DNA from: Asterionella formosa
Lineage: Eukaryota
DNA: 49,887 nt
Reading direction: 5' to 3'
Assembly (NCBI GenBank): GCA_002256025.1
Contig: NKIB01013925.1
Location: 1 to 49,887 of the forward strand
In this document: positions 45,303-49,887 of the stretch, piece by piece
Layout of the letters: each line of letters starts with the position of its first letter
Position numbering within the stretch: position 1 is the stretch's first letter
Notes under the pieces: generated by a model
The model's input: only the letters and a program-made list of their open reading frames with translations
Told to the model about the DNA's origin: nothing
The model's database searches: none
Program-made: the position numbers and the translations under genes

Positions 45303-46146
45303 TTCTCTGGCAGAGAAGATCATGTAAATGCAGTACACAAGGTTGCTTCATTGACTGCCCTGGTAATTGTAGAATCTATGTACTGTTGAAAAGGTTGGTA
45401 CTCTGTCCCACGGACTGGGTCTCTCTTCATGTAGGCTCTTATGTGCTTGTAGTACTACCTAGTACCACTTCCTTTCTCTCTCTTCTCTGCTTCTAGCCTT
45501 CCTGCTAGCCTGTCAATTAACACACTGTTTCCTCAATTGATAATCTAAAATTAAAATTAAATTATAAGCTAAACTAAATATTTCCTTTCCATGCATCTTT
45601 GCTTCCAACAAAGTTGTTCTAAGACTCTCTTCGAATTTCCACTTAACATTTCCATAGAAATTTTCATTCTTTGATCTTGGTAGATAGCTTGACATGGCAA
45701 TGCAATATTTGACTCATTGAATATCAATCGAGTCCACAATCCTTGTGACTCGGGCTAATATTTTTGACCATGTACTGGTATGTATTATTCTTACATACAC
45801 TTTTGAATACTCGGTACCTGGTAGTCTACCTGGTACCTGGTACCAGGGGTGGTACCTGGTTCCACTACCTGATGCTGACATGCCGGTATATAAATTAACG
45901 TATGATAAACATGATAACAAATCAATTCCACACATGCCTATATTACGTATAAGCCATCCGGAAGGAAAAAAGAAATTAACGACCCAGTTTTCATATCTCA
46001 AATCGAGTACCCCGGGTATGTCTGTCTTCTACCTTTTGCCTTTCAAAATGTTGATCATTTATATAAACGCAGGATCTGACAACAACTGAAAGCCAAGTAT
46101 GCTCTTAGTTAGTTCCTTCACACAATTGCATGTTACGTTACTAATT

Positions 46147-47148
46147 ATGATATCGACACACATCACTCGTCGAGCCTCCACCCTTTCGAGAATCTCAAGC
46201 ACGTCCTCGACGAGACTGCTCTCGTCGTCTTCAGTATCAGACCTGCACGTCGTGAATGATATGCTATACCGAATAAGACAGGTCAATTACATGCCAGAAG
46301 ATATCCGATCTAGTCTTGTAACCTTCCACGTCGATGGAGTTGAACTTGGCAAGGTCAGACCTAGCATGGTGGAGAAACTGGTGGGAACCAAGTCCAATGT
46401 GTTTGTGCTGCAAGGTGATCATTTGACATTGGCCTCTGGCGCAGGATCTACTTGCGAATCTCGGACACAAGCGGTTCAATCTGCTATGCAAGAACTTAGA
46501 GACCAAGGGCTAATCGTAGGATGGCGTGATGAATTATACCCCATGTGTCACAGCTTTTATGAACCTCCCATATTTCTCATGGAACGAGCCGCTGTTCCAT
46601 TTCTTGGTGGACTTGAGTATGGGGTTCATTTGAATGGCCTAGTAGGTGACGAAAGTAGTGATACAGTTCGCATGTGGATCGCAAGACGAGCAAAAACCAA
46701 GCCCACGTACGGAGGGATGCTGGATCACATGGTTGCAGGAGGTCAGCCAGCTGGCATGAGTCTCATGGAAAATATAATCAAAGAATGTTTAGAAGAAGCA
46801 GGAGTTCCAGAAGAGGTCACGAGATCTCGAGTAAAGGCTGTTGGGGCAATAAGTTATGAAACCTATGAGCCCAAAAAGGACGTTATTGGTCGAGCTGTCC
46901 TCTTTTGTTACGATCTTTGGTTGCCCAGCGACTTTCAACCTACTGTGGTTGACGGCGAAGTGGAGGATTTCGTCCTCTGGACCTTGGACCAAGTAAAGGG
47001 ATCTATGGCAGTCGACTTCCACGATCCCATCAAACCAAACTGCTATCCAGTCATTATTGACTTCTTGCTTCGTGAAGGTCATATATCACCAGATACACCG
47101 GGCTATCTGGACGTTCTGCGGGAGCTGCGAACGGGAGAATGTCGTTAA
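46147..47148 (+). CDS. Nudix hydrolase (NUDX20/YJR142W-like) with organellar presequence
   Basis: 'GWRDELY', 'ERAA..FLG...YGVHLNG', 'MWIARRA..K.TY.GMLD.MVAGG', Nudix box 'KECLEEAG', 'DGEVEDF', 'KPNC'. Ser/Thr/Arg-rich N-terminus. Confidence 0.9.
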   Translation: MISTHITRRASTLSRISSTSSTRLLSSSSVSDLHVVNDMLYRIRQVNYMPEDIRSSLVTFHVDGVELGKVRPSMVEKLVGTKSNVFVLQGDHLTLASGAGSTCESRTQAVQSAMQELRDQGLIVGWRDELYPMCHSFYEPPIFLMERAAVPFLGGLEYGVHLNGLVGDESSDTVRMWIARRAKTKPTYGGMLDHMVAGGQPAGMSLMENIIKECLEEAGVPEEVTRSRVKAVGAISYETYEPKKDVIGRAVLFCYDLWLPSDFQPTVVDGEVEDFVLWTLDQVKGSMAVDFHDPIKPNCYPVIIDFLLREGHISPDTPGYLDVLRELRTGECR

Positions 47149-47317
47149 CTTGCCACTTGCAGATTTCTCGTATGTATGCATCACTCAGATCTTGGTAAAT
47201 TTGCAGGCAACTAACTACCGGTATCACCTTTAAATACTGATTTGATTGAATACTTTAATAACTACGCACGGAGAATCCGAAAATCCGATCTTCTTAGATG
47301 TCACGATTTCATTAACT

Positions 47318-48061
47318 TTACTCCGCCTTCTCGTCCTCTTCAACTGGTTCACCTGCTTCGGCAGACTGGTCCGAAGTCCAGAGAGTGAGATTGTCTCGAA
47401 GGAGCTGCATAATCAAGGTGGAGTCCTTGTAGGATTCCTCGTTCAAAGTGTCAAGCTCAGCAATGGCATCGTCGAAAGCCTGCTTGGCAATGTTGCACGC
47501 TCGGTCCGGAGAATTGAGAATCTCGTAGTAAAAGACGGAAAAGTTCAGAGCAAGACCAAGTCGGATAGGGTGGGTCGGTGGGAGGTCACTGGAGGCAATA
47601 CCAGAAGCAGCTTGGTAAGCATCAAGGGCAGAGCTGGCAGAGGCCTTGCGGGCGTCACCATTCTGAAACTCGGAAAGGTAGCGGTGGTAGTCCCCCTTCA
47701 TCTTGTAGTAGAAAACCTTAGCCTCCTCGGAAGTTGAGTTAGCGATGAGAGACTCTTCAATGATGGAAAGAATATCGTTGCAGATATCGACGAGTTCAGA
47801 CTCGATCTTCATCTTGTAGTCCTTGATGATGGGAAGCTTGTCAGGCTCTCCCTTCTGCTCGATGGAAGTAACCACGCGCCAAGAAGCACGACGGGCTCCA
47901 ATGACGTTCTTGTAGGCAACGGAGAGAAGGTTTCGCTCTTCCACGGTCAGTTCCTGGGGCTGCTTGGCAACCTCCTTCATGTCGTTAACCATCTCGTCGA
48001 AGCGTTCCGCTTGCTCGGCGAGCTTGGCCTTGTACACAAGAGAATCGCGATCAGTGGTCAT
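47318..48061 (-). CDS. 14-3-3 protein
   Basis: Canonical signatures '[20 protein letters not shown]', 'KMKGDYHRY', '[19 protein letters not shown]', '[20 protein letters not shown]'; intronless. Confidence 0.99.
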   Translation of the reverse strand: MTTDRDSLVYKAKLAEQAERFDEMVNDMKEVAKQPQELTVEERNLLSVAYKNVIGARRASWRVVTSIEQKGEPDKLPIIKDYKMKIESELVDICNDILSIIEESLIANSTSEEAKVFYYKMKGDYHRYLSEFQNGDARKASASSALDAYQAASGIASSDLPPTHPIRLGLALNFSVFYYEILNSPDRACNIAKQAFDDAIAELDTLNEESYKDSTLIMQLLRDNLTLWTSDQSAEAGEPVEEDEKAE

Positions 48062-48525
48062 GTTGGATGATGGACAGAGAGGGGAGGTATTGTAAGGAGG
48101 TAATCAAGCGAACTAGAGATGCAACTCAGCGAGGTGTGCACTTATTTGTAAGTAGTTTCCTGGTCCAGGCACTACGAGTAGTTACGCCGAGTACTAGGTA
48201 CCGGTAGTCTAGCAGGTTCCGTGTTGCTTCCACGCTTCTACTGTAATACCTGGTACTGAATCCCGTACTAGGTGCACACTATGGTACCAGGTGTGGTACC
48301 AGGTACGTGAATTCCTGTTGTACAGGTCGTTGTAAAATCAAATTTTGATGTCGAGCAGGTTCAGCCAAGAAACAAGAATGCTTGCGGTGCCGTATGTATG
48401 GTGTGTTGCTGCGTTTGATCTGCCTTGTACCTGGTACCGGTATGTGTTCCCACACGACGAAACTGCAGCACCATGCAACGTGACCCCCAGATAAAATACT
48501 GGTACCAGTAGTATACCGGTAGGTA

Positions 48526-48622
48526 CCTGCAAGTTGCGGTCATTTTGCTGGAACTAACATTTCAATCTGGGATAAAGAAAGCTAAATCTTTGGTTTCAGC
48601 AAAATTACCGCAACTTGCTAGG
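48526..48622. mobile_element. ~95-bp MITE copy F
   Basis: TA-CCTGCAAGTTGCGGTCATTTTGCTGGAACTAA...TTTCAGCAAAATTACCGCAACTTGCT. Confidence 0.88.
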
Positions 48623-48659
48623 ATAGAGAAAATCACTGTACCAGTACCGGTACCTGAGA

Positions 48660-48757
48660 CCGGCAAGTTGCGGTCATTTTGCTCTTAAACAAACAATTTA
48701 ATATAGGATAAAGATAGCAAAATCTGTAGCTTCCACACAATTACCGAAAGGTGCAGG
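48660..48757. mobile_element. ~95-bp MITE copy G
   Basis: CCGGCAAGTTGCGGTCATTTTGCT...GATAAAGATAGC...ACAATTACCG...TGCAGG-TA. Confidence 0.8.
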
Positions 48758-49887
48758 TACAGGAATTCTACTCTACAACTACCGGTACATACCCCCGGAA
48801 CAAGGCCCGGTAGTGCACTTTTATGCGCACTTTTTCAGTTTCGACTAACGACTCCCAATGATTCATCCCATGCCACAGGAAGGAATACGCTGGCTTTCCA
48901 ATCCAAACTCTCTTCAATAACTTTCTATGCCATTAAATTATCATTCATTCAATCCAAGTTGTGTTCTGATCATCAAAATTGTGTTCACCTACTTCTACTG
49001 GTAATAGTATTCAGGAACTGGAAGACGGTTTGGTTATAGAGTTCACAAATCGCTCGGCACCTTCTAGTTGTAGTCAGCAATTTCTAATCATGGTTTGCAA
49101 CTTCTATTCATATGTAGTCACCAACTGGATCATTACTTGTAAACAAAAGAGTCTCATTGTTCAGAAATAGCAATGGACTAAGAATATTTGACCTACAGAT
49201 TATATTGTAGCATGTTGCAGACCGTGAAAGTGTTAAATCTTGTCATAACTTCGTCACTTTGAATTCTGCATCGCTCATCTAAAGCAATGTGCCTTCAGCG
49301 ACTCTTTTAAAATTTTCGTTGTCATTTTTAGTGATAGTACCACAATGATTCTTCTACAATTGTATTGGTTGTATCATGTATAAAATATTTACCAAATAGC
49401 AATAGCATCGTTTTTGTTTTCCATAAAGATATTTATTATTTTCGTTATGGTCAAGATGAAGACGGCATGAGCATTCAGGATTCTATAGTCGCTCACAACT
49501 ACTACATAGTGCTCCCTCTGTTCCAGTATAGTTGCAAACAAACTTTAGGTCAGTGCCTCACAGCCAGCATGATGAAGCGCAACCTCCAATAATTATCCGG
49601 CTGACAGCCCTTCCTTTTTAAAAATTATTCCGAATCGAATGGCTTATATAATATATGTTCTAAGTAGTCTAAAATTAGGTGAATCTGACCTCGTTTTTTC
49701 GCGCGTTTTTTGTAGAATCGCGCCCCATTTAGAACTATGTAGCCATAGTATTTTGTGATATGTATGATATTTGCAAATACAAATATGCCGGTACCTGGTA
49801 CGCTGTTTCATCAGGCATGATAATGAATGTGACTATGTATATAGATATAACTTAACATATGCTCATAGCAGTATTAGCATGCCCCCC

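Noticed and set aside
47246..47737. 163-aa antisense ORF over 14-3-3 (and similar antisense ORFs over ABC-F, Der, EME1)
   Set aside because: Shadow frames expected from codon bias in the sense gene; no independent motifs.
48790..49790. Transposon at the right end
   Set aside because: AT-rich and TE-like in texture, but no TIR, TSD or coding motif could be established.

Overview
Eukaryotic nuclear DNA, most likely from a diatom or other stramenopile (short GT-AG introns, a bipartite plastid presequence, CoDi-type copia relics). No CRISPR, rRNA or tRNA was seen. The window holds four three-exon paralogs of an SLC10A7/RCH1-type bile acid:Na+ symporter-family transporter, three in tandem at 3.4-17.5 kb and one at 44-45 kb; copies 2-4 each follow a transposon/repeat-rich block. 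The other genes are mostly housekeeping: an OMA1/M48-like protein lacking its zinc ligands, a UAA nucleotide-sugar transporter, EME1, a plastid ABC-F, a stand-alone SelD-N-terminal-type FAD oxidoreductase, a protein kinase, Der/EngA, a GT34-like protein, a PhyH dioxygenase, a Nudix hydrolase and 14-3-3. Mobile DNA includes an internally deleted PIF/Harbinger element with TIRs and a TAA TSD, copia and LINE relics, a ~194-bp tandem satellite, an array of 24-30 bp palindromes, and seven copies of a ~95-bp MITE. The most striking pattern is that intergenic DNA is full of TA-CC(A/T)GG-TA arrays, which match the MITE's two ends fused between TA target sites. This suggests chains of repeated insertion/excision footprints (inference).
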